NCBI GenBank assembly: GCA_016191235.1
Contig: JACPOZ010000030.1
Coordinates: forward strand, 3,924-67,923
Reading direction: 5' to 3'
Source of the DNA: Gammaproteobacteria bacterium
Lineage (GTDB): Bacteria; Pseudomonadota; Gammaproteobacteria; Ga0077554; Ga007554
Length of the DNA: 64,000 bases
In this document: piece after piece, positions 1 to 9,497 of the stretch
How positions within the stretch are numbered: the stretch's first letter is position 1
Layout of the letters: each line of letters opens with the position of its first letter
Notes under the pieces: generated by a model
Database searches by the model: none
Told to the model about the DNA's origin: nothing
What the model saw: only the letters and a program-made list of their open reading frames with translations
Program-made: the position numbers and the translations under genes

Positions 1-966
1 GTTCATGTAATAGTTGAGCAATTCGGGAACGTCTTCGCAATGTTCGCGTAACGGTGGCACGCGTAGCGGCACCACGTTTAACTGGTAATAAAGGTCTTCA
101 CGGAAACGTTTGGCCTGGACATCCTGCGCCAGATCGTGGTGCGTGGCCGCCAGGACGCGCGCGTCGAGCTTCACCGGCTCGCTACCGCCCACCCTCATGA
201 AGGAGCGGCTTTGCAGAGTGCGCAGCAGGCGCGCTTGCAACGCGGCATCCATATCGCCGATCTCATCCAGGAACAGAGTGCCACTGTTGGCTTGCTCAAA
301 GCGTCCGTAATGAATCTTTCCGCCTTCCTCGCTGCCAAACAATTCGATAGCCGGATTGCCCTGCGGAACACCGGCCTCAATAAACGGGCCATTGCGGCGC
401 ACGCTGTTGGCGTGCAGATAACGGGCGAAGAGTTCCTTGCCGCTGCCCGGCTCGCCAGTGATCAGCACCCAGGCGTCGTGCTGGGCGATGCGTTTGACTT
501 GTTCGCGCAGATGGTGCATTACCGTGCCGTGGCCCACCGGCTCTGTTACCGTCTGATCGTGACGCCGCAACCCGAGGTTTTCCCGGCGCAGCCGGTCGGC
601 CTCCAGCGCGCGTTTGATGGTAAGCAGCAGCTTGGCCATCGACAAGGGCTTTTCCAGAAAGTCGTAGGCACCCAAGCGGGTGGCCTCCACTGCGGTTTCC
701 ACCGTACCGTGCCCGGACATCATAATGACCGGCGGCAGCGCATCGCCTTCTTCGGCCCCCCACTCCTTGAGCAGAGAGATGCCGTCAATGTCCGGCATCC
801 AGATATCCAGCAGCACCAGGTCGGGACGGCGTTCGCGCCGCCCGCGCCGTGCCGCCTCGCCATTCTCCGCGATAGCGACCTCGTATCCCTCGTCAACCAG
901 GATCTCCTTGACCAGTTCGCGGATGTCGCGTTCGTCGTCCACTACCAGGACATAAGCCATACTCAT
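1..966 (-). CDS. ntrX: sigma-54-dependent two-component response regulator, NtrX/NtrC family (3' end runs off the window)
   Basis: Minus-strand translation starts MSMAYVLVVDDERDIRELV (receiver domain). It continues into an AAA+ sigma-54 activator domain with Walker A VLITGEPGSGKE and Walker B GTLFLDEIGDM. The cognate kinase gene lies directly upstream. The forward 349-aa ORF 136..1185 is its antisense shadow. Confidence 0.8.
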   Translation of the reverse strand, partial: MSMAYVLVVDDERDIRELVKEILVDEGYEVAIAENGEAARRGRRERRPDLVLLDIWMPDIDGISLLKEWGAEEGDALPPVIMMSGHGTVETAVEATRLGAYDFLEKPLSMAKLLLTIKRALEADRLRRENLGLRRHDQTVTEPVGHGTVMHHLREQVKRIAQHDAWVLITGEPGSGKELFARYLHANSVRRNGPFIEAGVPQGNPAIELFGSEEGGKIHYGRFEQANSGTLFLDEIGDMDAALQARLLRTLQSRSFMRVGGSEPVKLDARVLAATHHDLAQDVQAKRFREDLYYQLNVVPLRVPPLREHCEDVPELLNYYMN

Positions 967-1030
967 GCGCCGTTCTCCCTCGTGCCCTTCAGGGTACTTG
1001 TTCCCTTCAGGGTAAATGCCATGGGTGCGC

Positions 1031-3247
1031 TCATGCGGCGACTCCAGCGCTTTGCAGCGGGAGGCGCACCACGATACAGGCACCGTCGCCGGGGACATTT
1101 TCCGCCCACACCACGCCGCCATGTTCTTCAACAATCTTTTTCACAATCGCCAGCCCCAGCCCGCCGCCCTTGGCTTTGCTGCTGACACCGGGCTCAAAAA
1201 GCCGGGCAAGAATCTCTGGTGTGATGCCTGGGCCATTGTCCTGTACGCGTAGCTCGATGCTCTGAATATCCGGTTCGTGCAGCCATTGCGTGGTGATGGT
1301 GACGCAACAACCCGCGTTTTCACCGATGGCATCGAGGGCGTTTTTGATGAGGTTGTGCAGCAATTGCCGGAAGCGCCCGGCATCGGCCTCGATGCGCGGC
1401 AGTTGCGGATCGAGCCGCGCCTTGGTCCGCACCCGTGCATCACCGTGGTAGAGATCGAGTACCTCGTTGATCAGGCGATTCAGATCCAGCGGATGCAGCA
1501 TCAGTTTCGGCGCACGCGCATAATCGGAAAAGGCCTTGACCATTTCCTGCATGGTCTGCACCTGCTGGATGATGGTATGGGTGGAGCGGTCCAGCAGATC
1601 GGCGTCATCGGCATTCATGGTTTTGAGATATTTATGCCGCAGACGCTCGGCGGAAAGCTGGATAGGCGTGAGCGGGTTTTTGATCTCGTGCGCCAGACGC
1701 CGCGCCACCTCGCCCCACGCCGCATCACGCTGCGCTTGGATCAGGTTTGTGATGTCATCGAATACTATAACATGTCCGCCCGTGTCGCCTTCCGTGCCGG
1801 ACAGCGGAGCGCCACGGCACATCAGCACCTGCCGTCCACTTGCGCCAAACAAAACCACCTCTTCACGCCATTCCCTCGGCACACCCGTCAAATGCGGCGC
1901 AAGGGCCTTGGCAAAACCGCCAAGATGAGGGTAGACGCCACCGAGCTGATCGAGAGGTTCGCCAATAATATTATTGTCGAGATCCGCGCCGAGAATCTGG
2001 CTTGCGGCTATGTTTGCGGTGCGCAGAATGTGTTGCCCATCCAATGTCAGCACACCGGAAGACAGCCGGTCCAGCACCGCCTCCAGATAGGCGCGCTGTG
2101 TTTCGGCCTGTTGATGGCTGCGCTGGGCCTCATCGCGGGCGAGCGAGATCTTGCGCGTCATGTCATTGAATGACTGCACCAGGAAACCCAGCTCGTCATG
2201 GCTGGGCAACGATGGCAGCCGCTGGTCATAATCGCCCGCCGCTACCGCGCGCGTACCCAGCGCCAGCACCCGTACCGGTTCCGTCAAACGCCGCGCCGAA
2301 AAGAATGCGGCCCATACCGCCATCAGCACACTGAGCCACAACACCAGCGACAAGGTCAGGGTAAAGCTGAGCTTGAGCGGCTCGCGCATATAGCCCAGCT
2401 CCTGGTAGCGAGCATAAACAGATTGCACACCCTCGGCCAGTTCGCTCATGCGCCCGGCGACCGGGAACAAGCCCTGCAGCAGGCGCGGCGGACTGCCGGG
2501 ATCGAGACCCGGAACCGTGACCACCGCCCGCACATAAAGGCCTGTGTCGCGGATCGGGTCGAGTCCGACATAGGTGATCCCCTGCCGCACCCTCTGCAGT
2601 ATCGCCTCACTGGGCTGGGTAGGCATGGCCATGGTTGGGTCATCGCTGCTAATGGCAAGAATGTGGCCTTGCGGGGTCAGCAAGGTAAGATCAGAGGCCC
2701 CGCTACGCTGGCGCAATTTGTCCATGTCGAAGATGACTTGGCCATTGGGGATGCCTTCCATCTCCCGGGCCATCAACTCGGTTTGCCGCAGCAGGTCGCG
2801 CATCCGCGCATCCAGTGCGGTGCGGCTCAATTCCAGCGCGTCACCCAGCGCCTTTTCGATACGCACGTCAAACCAGCTATCAATACCGCGCCGCAAAAAA
2901 TCCAGCGAGAAATAATACACTAGCGATACCGGCACCACGGAGAGGATCACGAATATGACCACCAGCCGCGCGGTGAGCCGCGACCCCACCACGCCGGCCC
3001 GGTACTGGCGCACCAGGCGATAAAGATTGGCGGCGATCAGGCCTACCAGGATCACCAGCTCCAGGACGTTGATCACCAGCAGGGCAGAATAGAGGCGGCC
3101 AAACTCTGCCGAGTTCTGTGTCGCGCTGCTCATCATGTAGAGCGACACCAGCAGCAACACAAACAGCACGATCACCGGCGTAATGCCAGAGCCGGTACGT
3201 TTTAGAGCCGCAATGACCATGTGTACCACTCGCTGCTTACGCGCCAT
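1031..3247 (-). CDS. ntrY: sensor histidine kinase NtrY (N-terminal TM segments, HAMP, PAS, HisKA/HATPase)
   Basis: 738 aa with N-terminal hydrophobic segments, an H-box HEIKNPLTPIQLSAERL and a C-terminal ATPase G-boxes (NGPGI, GGGLGLAIV). It is paired with the downstream NtrX-type regulator. Confidence 0.8.
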   Translation of the reverse strand: MARKQRVVHMVIAALKRTGSGITPVIVLFVLLLVSLYMMSSATQNSAEFGRLYSALLVINVLELVILVGLIAANLYRLVRQYRAGVVGSRLTARLVVIFVILSVVPVSLVYYFSLDFLRRGIDSWFDVRIEKALGDALELSRTALDARMRDLLRQTELMAREMEGIPNGQVIFDMDKLRQRSGASDLTLLTPQGHILAISSDDPTMAMPTQPSEAILQRVRQGITYVGLDPIRDTGLYVRAVVTVPGLDPGSPPRLLQGLFPVAGRMSELAEGVQSVYARYQELGYMREPLKLSFTLTLSLVLWLSVLMAVWAAFFSARRLTEPVRVLALGTRAVAAGDYDQRLPSLPSHDELGFLVQSFNDMTRKISLARDEAQRSHQQAETQRAYLEAVLDRLSSGVLTLDGQHILRTANIAASQILGADLDNNIIGEPLDQLGGVYPHLGGFAKALAPHLTGVPREWREEVVLFGASGRQVLMCRGAPLSGTEGDTGGHVIVFDDITNLIQAQRDAAWGEVARRLAHEIKNPLTPIQLSAERLRHKYLKTMNADDADLLDRSTHTIIQQVQTMQEMVKAFSDYARAPKLMLHPLDLNRLINEVLDLYHGDARVRTKARLDPQLPRIEADAGRFRQLLHNLIKNALDAIGENAGCCVTITTQWLHEPDIQSIELRVQDNGPGITPEILARLFEPGVSSKAKGGGLGLAIVKKIVEEHGGVVWAENVPGDGACIVVRLPLQSAGVAA

Positions 3248-3786
3248 CCGGCGTAGACATAGGCCAACAAACGGATCGGCACCGGCAGCGCCTCGATATC
3301 CAGACGGGCACGCAAGCGCGCCTCGTATGTTTCACCCGCCCTCAGCAATTGCTGGTCGAGCATCGGAAAATCACCAACGGCACCCAGCATTTCGAGGGCC
3401 GCATGCAGCGTTGGAAAATGGTTTTGTATGCCGGTATTGAGATTTTTTATCTGGTATTGACGCGTCAGTGCGTGATAAGAAAGCTGGTAGCGTTGCGTTA
3501 CGGTAGCTATTTGCTCGTTCCAGAGATATTGCCGTTTACGCCACACCTCGATGTCCATCGCGAAGGTCAGCGGAATACCTTTATGCAGCGCGTCCAGCAT
3601 CCGGTCGCTGAGTTGATAGTCGATGCGGGCGTCAAGCCGGTATACCTTGTCGACCAGCTCCGTCTCCACACCGCGCACGGTAAATTCGCCGTTTGGGCTT
3701 TCACCCCAGGCGACGCCGAAACACATCAGGCCGATCATGAATATGACCAGCGTTGATAAGAACGCGTTGCCGTGCTTTTTTTTCAT
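3202..3786 (-). CDS. DUF4390-like exported protein (conserved rsmB-to-ntrY linker gene of betaproteobacteria)
   Basis: 194 aa with an N-terminal signal/TM segment (MKKKHGNAFLSTLVIFMIGLMCFGVAWG). It sits between rsmB and ntrY and its 3' end overlaps the ntrY start by about 45 nt. The family assignment is from memory of this conserved synteny. Confidence 0.55.
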   Translation of the reverse strand: MKKKHGNAFLSTLVIFMIGLMCFGVAWGESPNGEFTVRGVETELVDKVYRLDARIDYQLSDRMLDALHKGIPLTFAMDIEVWRKRQYLWNEQIATVTQRYQLSYHALTRQYQIKNLNTGIQNHFPTLHAALEMLGAVGDFPMLDQQLLRAGETYEARLRARLDIEALPVPIRLLAYVYAGWRVSSEWYTWSLRL

Positions 3787-3807
3787 AAGACTTTTGGCAA
3801 CAAAACC

Positions 3808-5103
3808 CTATAATTTCTGCAAACACGCATAATAAAACCCATCCATGCCGTTCTCGCCAGGCAGGATCTGCCGCCCGGCCCCCCTTGGATTTCCCCATGA
3901 AGCATCGATAGCCTTTTCACAAGCATCCGTTTGCGCCGTCAGAAAGCGCGTTATCTGTTGCTCATTTTCCTGTGGCAGTATGGAGCAGGTGGCGTACAAA
4001 AACATCCCCCCCGGCTTCAGCAAGGGCCATAGCACCTGCAGCATACGCCCTTGCAGTTCCGCCAGCGCGGCGATATCGTCTGGCCTGCGCAGGATTTTTA
4101 TGTCGGGATGACGGCGTATCACGCCGGTCGCCGAGCACGGCGCATCGAGCAGGATGCGGTCGTACATCACGCCATCCCACCACGCGGCAGGCTGGGCGGC
4201 ATCGCCCTCGATCAGGCGGGCCTGCAATTGCAAGCGCCGCAAATTCCCGTCCACACGCTTCAGGCGTGCAGCATCGCTATCCAGCGCCGTCAGCTCAATG
4301 CCGGCCTGTGACTCCAGGATATGCGCCGCCTTGCCGCCGGGCGCCGCGCAGGCGTCGAGCACGCGCTGGCCAGGCTGGACATCGAGCAACTGTGCCGCGA
4401 GCTGGGCCGCGCTGTCCTGCACCGACACCCACCCCTCGTCGAATCCGGGCAGGCGTTCAACATCGGTGGGCTGTTCCAGAATGACCCCATGCGAGACATG
4501 CGGCGCAGGGCACGCGGCGATGCCGGCATCCTCCAGTATGCGCAAATAAGCGTCGCGCGCTCTATGTCGGGCGTTGACGCGCAGCACCATCGGCGGACGC
4601 TGATTATTGGCCGTGACGATAGCCTGCCAGGCGTGCGGCCAGGCGTTCTTGAACAATTCCAGCAACCATGCGGGATGGGCCAGCGCCGCCACTTCGTTTT
4701 GATCCACCTCTTCCAGCAGGTGGGCGCTATCGCGCAAATAATTGCGCAAAACGGCGTTCACCAGCCCACCCGCCCACGGCTTGCCCAAGTCCCTGGCCGC
4801 TGCCACCGTCTCGGTCACGGCGGCATGATCCGGCACGCGCATGTAGATGACCTGATACAAGCCCAGTAGCAGCAGGCTGCGCACATCCGCGTCGCGCTCT
4901 TTCAGCGGCTTGCTCAATAGCCGCTCCACTAGCGCGGCCAGCCGGGGATACCAGCGCAGCACGCCGTAACACATTTCCTGCGCCAAGGCGCGTTCCCCGT
5001 CCTTGCGCAACTGGGCAAGGACGGGCGCAAGAATCCCCCCCAGCGAACGCCCTTTGCCCAACACCTGAGCCAATACCTTCGCGGCGGCGGTTCTTGATTT
5101 CAT
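3808..5103 (-). CDS. rsmB: 16S rRNA (cytosine967-C5)-methyltransferase RsmB/Sun
   Basis: 431 aa with a NusB-like N-terminal region and a C-terminal SAM-dependent m5C methyltransferase ([18 protein letters not shown] motif [15 protein letters not shown]). It overlaps the fmt stop by 4 nt. Confidence 0.9.
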   Translation of the reverse strand: MKSRTAAAKVLAQVLGKGRSLGGILAPVLAQLRKDGERALAQEMCYGVLRWYPRLAALVERLLSKPLKERDADVRSLLLLGLYQVIYMRVPDHAAVTETVAAARDLGKPWAGGLVNAVLRNYLRDSAHLLEEVDQNEVAALAHPAWLLELFKNAWPHAWQAIVTANNQRPPMVLRVNARHRARDAYLRILEDAGIAACPAPHVSHGVILEQPTDVERLPGFDEGWVSVQDSAAQLAAQLLDVQPGQRVLDACAAPGGKAAHILESQAGIELTALDSDAARLKRVDGNLRRLQLQARLIEGDAAQPAAWWDGVMYDRILLDAPCSATGVIRRHPDIKILRRPDDIAALAELQGRMLQVLWPLLKPGGMFLYATCSILPQENEQQITRFLTAQTDACEKAIDASWGNPRGAGRQILPGENGMDGFYYACLQKL

Positions 5104-6047
5104 TTAAACGAAATGCCCGCAGTCACCAAATTACGATGGGCGTTCAAAAAATCGGCGACAGGCATGGGACGACCACCCGGCACCTGAAGCTGCAGCAGGC
5201 GCAGAATGCCGCCGCCTGTGGCGACATCAATGCCCTCCTTTCCGGCAGACAGAATAGTCCCCGGCGGCTGGCCGGCATCGCCTGCTACCACCTGTGCCGC
5301 CCAGACATGCAGCGGGGTCTCACCCAAGAGGGTACGCGCCACCGGCCAGGGATTGAATGCGCGCACCTTGCGCTCCAGTTCCACGGCAGGCCGCGACCAT
5401 TCAATCACCGCCTCAGCCTTGTCAATTTTTGCGGCATAACAAGCCAGACCGTCATCCTGCGGGATGGCGTGCGCCGTGCCGCTATCGAGCTGTTCTAGCA
5501 CCGGCAGCAGCATCTGCGCGCCCAGCGCCGCCAGCCGGTCATGCAGGGTTTGCGTGGTGTCATGAGGCAGGATGGGGCAGGATGCGCGCGCCAGCATGGC
5601 GCCGGTGTCCAGGCCCGCATCCATTTGCATGATGGTAATTCCTGTCTCGGTATCGCCCGCCAGGATGGCGCGCTGGAGCGGCGCGGCACCGCGCCAGCGC
5701 GGCAGCAGCGAGGCGTGAATATTCACGCAGCCCAGGCGCGGCGCCGCCAACACCGGGGGCGGTAGTATCAGACCATAGGCGACCACTACCATCAGATCCG
5801 CCTGCAAGGCCTGCAGCCGCGCCTGTTCTTCGGCAGACTTGAGGCTGGCTGGCTGGTAAACCGGGATGCCGTGCTCAAGCGCCACACACTTGACCGGGCT
5901 GGCAGTGAGCTTGCGGCCCCTGCCGGCCGGCCGGTCCGGCTGGGTATATACCGCGCACACCGTATGTTCCGTTGCGAGCAATGCCCGCAGCGGCGCAACG
6001 GCGAATCCGGGGGTGCCGGCAAAGATGATATTGAGCTTGGATTTCAA
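5100..6047 (-). CDS. fmt: methionyl-tRNA formyltransferase
   Basis: 315 aa starting [24 protein letters not shown], carrying the formyltransferase N- and C-domains. Classic def-fmt-rsmB order. Confidence 0.9.
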   Translation of the reverse strand: MKSKLNIIFAGTPGFAVAPLRALLATEHTVCAVYTQPDRPAGRGRKLTASPVKCVALEHGIPVYQPASLKSAEEQARLQALQADLMVVVAYGLILPPPVLAAPRLGCVNIHASLLPRWRGAAPLQRAILAGDTETGITIMQMDAGLDTGAMLARASCPILPHDTTQTLHDRLAALGAQMLLPVLEQLDSGTAHAIPQDDGLACYAAKIDKAEAVIEWSRPAVELERKVRAFNPWPVARTLLGETPLHVWAAQVVAGDAGQPPGTILSAGKEGIDVATGGGILRLLQLQVPGGRPMPVADFLNAHRNLVTAGISFK

Positions 6048-6068
6048 GGTTTTCTACTTACTTTTTAC

Positions 6069-6572
6069 TTATAGGGTCTGGCGGCGCACTTTTTCCAGCT
6101 TTTTGCGGAGGCGCTGCCGTTTCAATTCGGACAGATAATCGACAAACAGCTTGCCGTCCAGGTGATCCATCTCGTGCTGGATGCACACGGCCAGCAGATC
6201 ATCGGCCTCCATTTCAAACGATGCGCCATTGCGGTCCAGCGCGCGCACCTTGATGTGCCTGGCACGCTGCACCGGCTCGTAAATCCCCGGCACCGAGAGA
6301 CAGCCCTCCTCCATCTGCTCGACACCTTCCTTGCTCAGGATTTCCGGGTTGACCAGACATAACGGCGCATTACGCTGCTCCGAAATGTCAATGACGAGCA
6401 CACGCAGGGCGACATCAACCTGGGGCGCCGCCAGGCCGATGCCCGGCGCCTGATACATGGTCTCGAACATATCGTCGATCAAGGCGCGGAGTTTACCATC
6501 AACCTCGGCGACCGGGGCGGCCTTGTTGCGTAGCCGCGGGTCGGGATAATGCAGGATTGGAAGAATAGCCAT
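6069..6572 (-). CDS. def: peptide deformylase
   Basis: 167 aa with motifs [17 protein letters not shown] and HEMDHLDG (metal ligands). Confidence 0.9.
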   Translation of the reverse strand: MAILPILHYPDPRLRNKAAPVAEVDGKLRALIDDMFETMYQAPGIGLAAPQVDVALRVLVIDISEQRNAPLCLVNPEILSKEGVEQMEEGCLSVPGIYEPVQRARHIKVRALDRNGASFEMEADDLLAVCIQHEMDHLDGKLFVDYLSELKRQRLRKKLEKVRRQTL

Positions 6573-6665
6573 CAGATAACCGTTAACTTAATGCGATGTG
6601 AGTCCGATATAAGGAATGATCATAATAGATAGGCGCTCTGCGCGCCACATTCAATAAGGACGATT

Positions 6666-7745
6666 ATGTTGACCAAAAAGACCTTAGTGGGCCTGTGTTT
6701 CGCACTCCTGGCCTGGACTGCCACCGTGCCGGCCACGCTGGCGGATACCGTGGCGCTCAACCCCAGCCATCCCGACCGCTACAAGGTGGTCAAGGGCGAC
6801 ACGCTGTGGGACATCTCCGCACGCTTCCTGCGCGACCCCTGGCGCTGGCCGGATGTATGGCATATCAACCCGGAGATCAAAAACCCGCACCTGATCTATC
6901 CGGGCGATGTGATTGTGCTGGGCATGAAAGACGGCAAGCCGGTGCTGCAAATCGAACGCCCCGCACAGTCCGCGACCACGCCATCACATCTGCCGACGGT
7001 AAAGCTATCTCCCCAGATCCGGGTTTCCGGCCTGAACAGCGCCATCCCCGCCATCGCCATGGATGTCATCGAACCCTTCCTGTTGCGCGCACGTGTAATG
7101 AGCGCGAGCGAGGCGGAAAACGCACCTTATGTCGTCGCATTTGAGGAAGGACGACTGGCGACTGGCACGGGGAGCAAGATATACGCGCGCAAGATGGCAG
7201 ATGCGGCCACCACGCGCTTTAGCCTATTTCACCGTGGCAAGGCATACCGCAACCCCGGCGCAAAAAAAGAAGACATCCTGGGCTATGAGGCCATCCAGGT
7301 CGCCGATGCCAGCGTGGAACGCGCAGGGGACCCCACGACATTGCGCATCACCAACGCCTATCGTGAGACCTTGATTGGCGACAATTTGTTCCCGCAGGAG
7401 GAAAAGGACATCGGCCGGGATTTCTTCCCGCACGCACCGGAAAAACCAACCAGCGGCAATATCATTTCGGTAACGGACGGCGTATCCAAAATAGGCCGGT
7501 ACCAGGTGGTAGTGCTCAACCTGGGCATGCAGAATGGCATGGAACCAGGCCATGTGCTGGCTGTGTTTCAATCCGGCACCACCGTGCGCGACTCAGTCAA
7601 TCCCAGCACGGGCAATATGGTGAAACTGCCTGACGAGCGTGCCGGCCTGCTCATGGTGTTTCGCACCTTCGAGCGTGTGAGTTATGCCCTGGTCATGCAG
7701 GCGGAGCGGGATATCCGGCTCTATGATATGGTGAAAAATCCGTAG
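6666..7745 (+). CDS. LysM peptidoglycan-binding domain protein (conserved gene upstream of dprA)
   Basis: Signal peptide followed by a LysM motif YKVVKGDTLWDISARFL...IYPGDVIVL. Lies divergent from def and upstream of dprA, as in other betaproteobacteria. Confidence 0.75.
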   Translation: MLTKKTLVGLCFALLAWTATVPATLADTVALNPSHPDRYKVVKGDTLWDISARFLRDPWRWPDVWHINPEIKNPHLIYPGDVIVLGMKDGKPVLQIERPAQSATTPSHLPTVKLSPQIRVSGLNSAIPAIAMDVIEPFLLRARVMSASEAENAPYVVAFEEGRLATGTGSKIYARKMADAATTRFSLFHRGKAYRNPGAKKEDILGYEAIQVADASVERAGDPTTLRITNAYRETLIGDNLFPQEEKDIGRDFFPHAPEKPTSGNIISVTDGVSKIGRYQVVVLNLGMQNGMEPGHVLAVFQSGTTVRDSVNPSTGNMVKLPDERAGLLMVFRTFERVSYALVMQAERDIRLYDMVKNP

Positions 7746-7751
7746 GCTCTG

Positions 7752-8900
7752 TTGACGTTTGGCTGCCCGCCAATGACTTATGACAAAAACGACCTGAGCT
7801 ATTGGCTGGCCCTGTTGAAGGCGCCGGGCGTAGGCCCCGTCACATTCCTGGCGTTGCTCAACCATTATTCGACGCCCCGCGCCATTTTCGAGACCGCCCC
7901 ACAGCAAGTGGCGTCATGCGGCATACGCGGCGCAGCGGCGCTCGCCGGTTATCTGCGCAAAGCCGATTGGCCCTCAGTAGAAAAAGACCTCGCCTGGAGG
8001 GATCTGCCGGGCAACCACATACTCACGCTCCATGATCCTGCGTACCCTGCACAACTGCGCGAAATCGCCGACCCGCCGCCCATCCTGTTCGTGCATGGCA
8101 ACCCAGCGGTGTTGACAACCCCGCAATTGGCGCTGGTGGGCAGCCGTAACCCCTCTGCCGCCGGACGGGAGATTGCTCACGACTTTGCAAGACACCTGTG
8201 CGGCGCGGGATTAACCGTCACCAGCGGCCTGGCGCTGGGCGTCGACGCCGCCAGCCACCAGGGCGCGCTTGACGGAGAGGGACTCACCGTCGCCGTCATG
8301 GGCACTGGCCTGGACCGCGTATACCCGGCACGGCACCGTGACCTGGCGCACCGCATCGCCCAATGCGGCGCGCTGGTCTCTGAATTTGCGCCCGGCACCC
8401 CGCCGCTGGCCGAACACTTCCCGCGCCGCAACCGAATTATCAGCGGGCTGAGTCTAGGCACCCTGGTAGTGGAGGCCGCCCTCGCCAGCGGCTCGCTGAT
8501 CACCGCACGCCTGGCGGCGGAACAGGGCCGCGAGGTGTTCGCCATCCCCGGCTCCATCCATAACCCCCTGGCACGCGGCTGTCATTCACTGATCCGGCTG
8601 GGGGCAAAACTGGTCGAAAATATCCAGGATATCCTTGAAGAACTCGGCCCAATGGTATCGGATGTGACGCATAACACTGTATTATGTTCCGGTGAAAACT
8701 CTGGTGCCGAACTTAATCTCGACGATAACTCATTGAAATTGCTTGATTGCGTCGACTTCGCCCCCACTTCCATAGATGCGCTGGTTGAGCGCAGTGGATT
8801 GACGCCGGAGCAGGTTTCCTCCATGCTTTTGGTATTGGAATTGCATAATATAGTTGAATCGGCATCGGGCGGATGCTATACCCGCCGGGTTAAAGGCTAA
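7752..8900 (+). CDS. dprA: DNA processing protein DprA (Smf)
   Basis: 382 aa with an N-terminal SAM-like region LSYWLALLKAPGVGPVTFLALL, a Rossmann-like DprA core GLALGVDAASHQGAL and a C-terminal winged-helix tail. Confidence 0.85.
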   Translation: MTFGCPPMTYDKNDLSYWLALLKAPGVGPVTFLALLNHYSTPRAIFETAPQQVASCGIRGAAALAGYLRKADWPSVEKDLAWRDLPGNHILTLHDPAYPAQLREIADPPPILFVHGNPAVLTTPQLALVGSRNPSAAGREIAHDFARHLCGAGLTVTSGLALGVDAASHQGALDGEGLTVAVMGTGLDRVYPARHRDLAHRIAQCGALVSEFAPGTPPLAEHFPRRNRIISGLSLGTLVVEAALASGSLITARLAAEQGREVFAIPGSIHNPLARGCHSLIRLGAKLVENIQDILEELGPMVSDVTHNTVLCSGENSGAELNLDDNSLKLLDCVDFAPTSIDALVERSGLTPEQVSSMLLVLELHNIVESASGGCYTRRVKG

Positions 8901-8917
8901 GCGCAGGAGGTCCTGAA

Positions 8918-9397
8918 ATGAAAGAAAATGTGTTGGATGTCCTGATGTACCTGTTCGAGAACTACCTCGACGGTGAGCTGGAAACCGCCCCTGACCAGGA
9001 GGCGCTGAAGAAGGAACTCATCGAGGCTGGCTTCCACTATGGCGAGATCGACAAGGCCTTCACCTGGCTGGAGGGCATGGCGCAGATGCGGGAAAACGCC
9101 GTACCGGCCATGCGCACCACCAGCCACTCGATTCGTGTCTTCACCCATCATGAAACGAACCGGCTCGACCTGGAGTGCCGCGGCTTCCTGCTGTTCCTGG
9201 AGCAGCTCGGTGTGCTCGATCCCGCCAACCGCGAACTCGTGATCGACCGCGTCATGGCCCTGGAGAGCGAGGAAATTGATCTCGCCCAGCTCAAGTGGGT
9301 AATCCTCATGGTACTCTTCAATCAACCCGGCCAGGAGGCGGCTTTCGCCTGGATGGAAGACCTCGTGTTCGACGAGATGCCCAACAATATACACTAA
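8918..9397 (+). CDS. smg: Smg protein (DUF494)
   Basis: 159 aa starting MKENVLDVLMYLFENYLDGE. Canonical dprA-smg-topA arrangement. Confidence 0.8.
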   Translation: MKENVLDVLMYLFENYLDGELETAPDQEALKKELIEAGFHYGEIDKAFTWLEGMAQMRENAVPAMRTTSHSIRVFTHHETNRLDLECRGFLLFLEQLGVLDPANRELVIDRVMALESEEIDLAQLKWVILMVLFNQPGQEAAFAWMEDLVFDEMPNNIH

Positions 9398-9422
9398 TCA
9401 CATTAGCATGCCGCACGCTACG

Positions 9423-9470
9423 GGCGGCAAGCGCGGGTTCCGGCCATCGCTTGCCGCCTGTGGCTTTTTG
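9423..9470 (+). terminator. rho-independent terminator after smg
   Basis: An 11-bp perfect stem GGCGGCAAGCG...CGCTTGCCGCC is followed by TGTGGCTTTTTG. Confidence 0.5.
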
Positions 9471-9497
9471 CGGCTGTTATCTATGGCCACATAACTT

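Noticed and set aside
136-1185. 349-aa forward ORF
   Set aside because: It is antisense to the clearly recognisable NtrX-type response regulator on the minus strand and has a low-complexity, Arg/Ala-rich composition typical of GC-rich shadow frames.
1277-2923. Forward ORFs of 298 and 241 aa inside ntrY
   Set aside because: They are antisense shadow ORFs of the histidine kinase gene, with no motifs.
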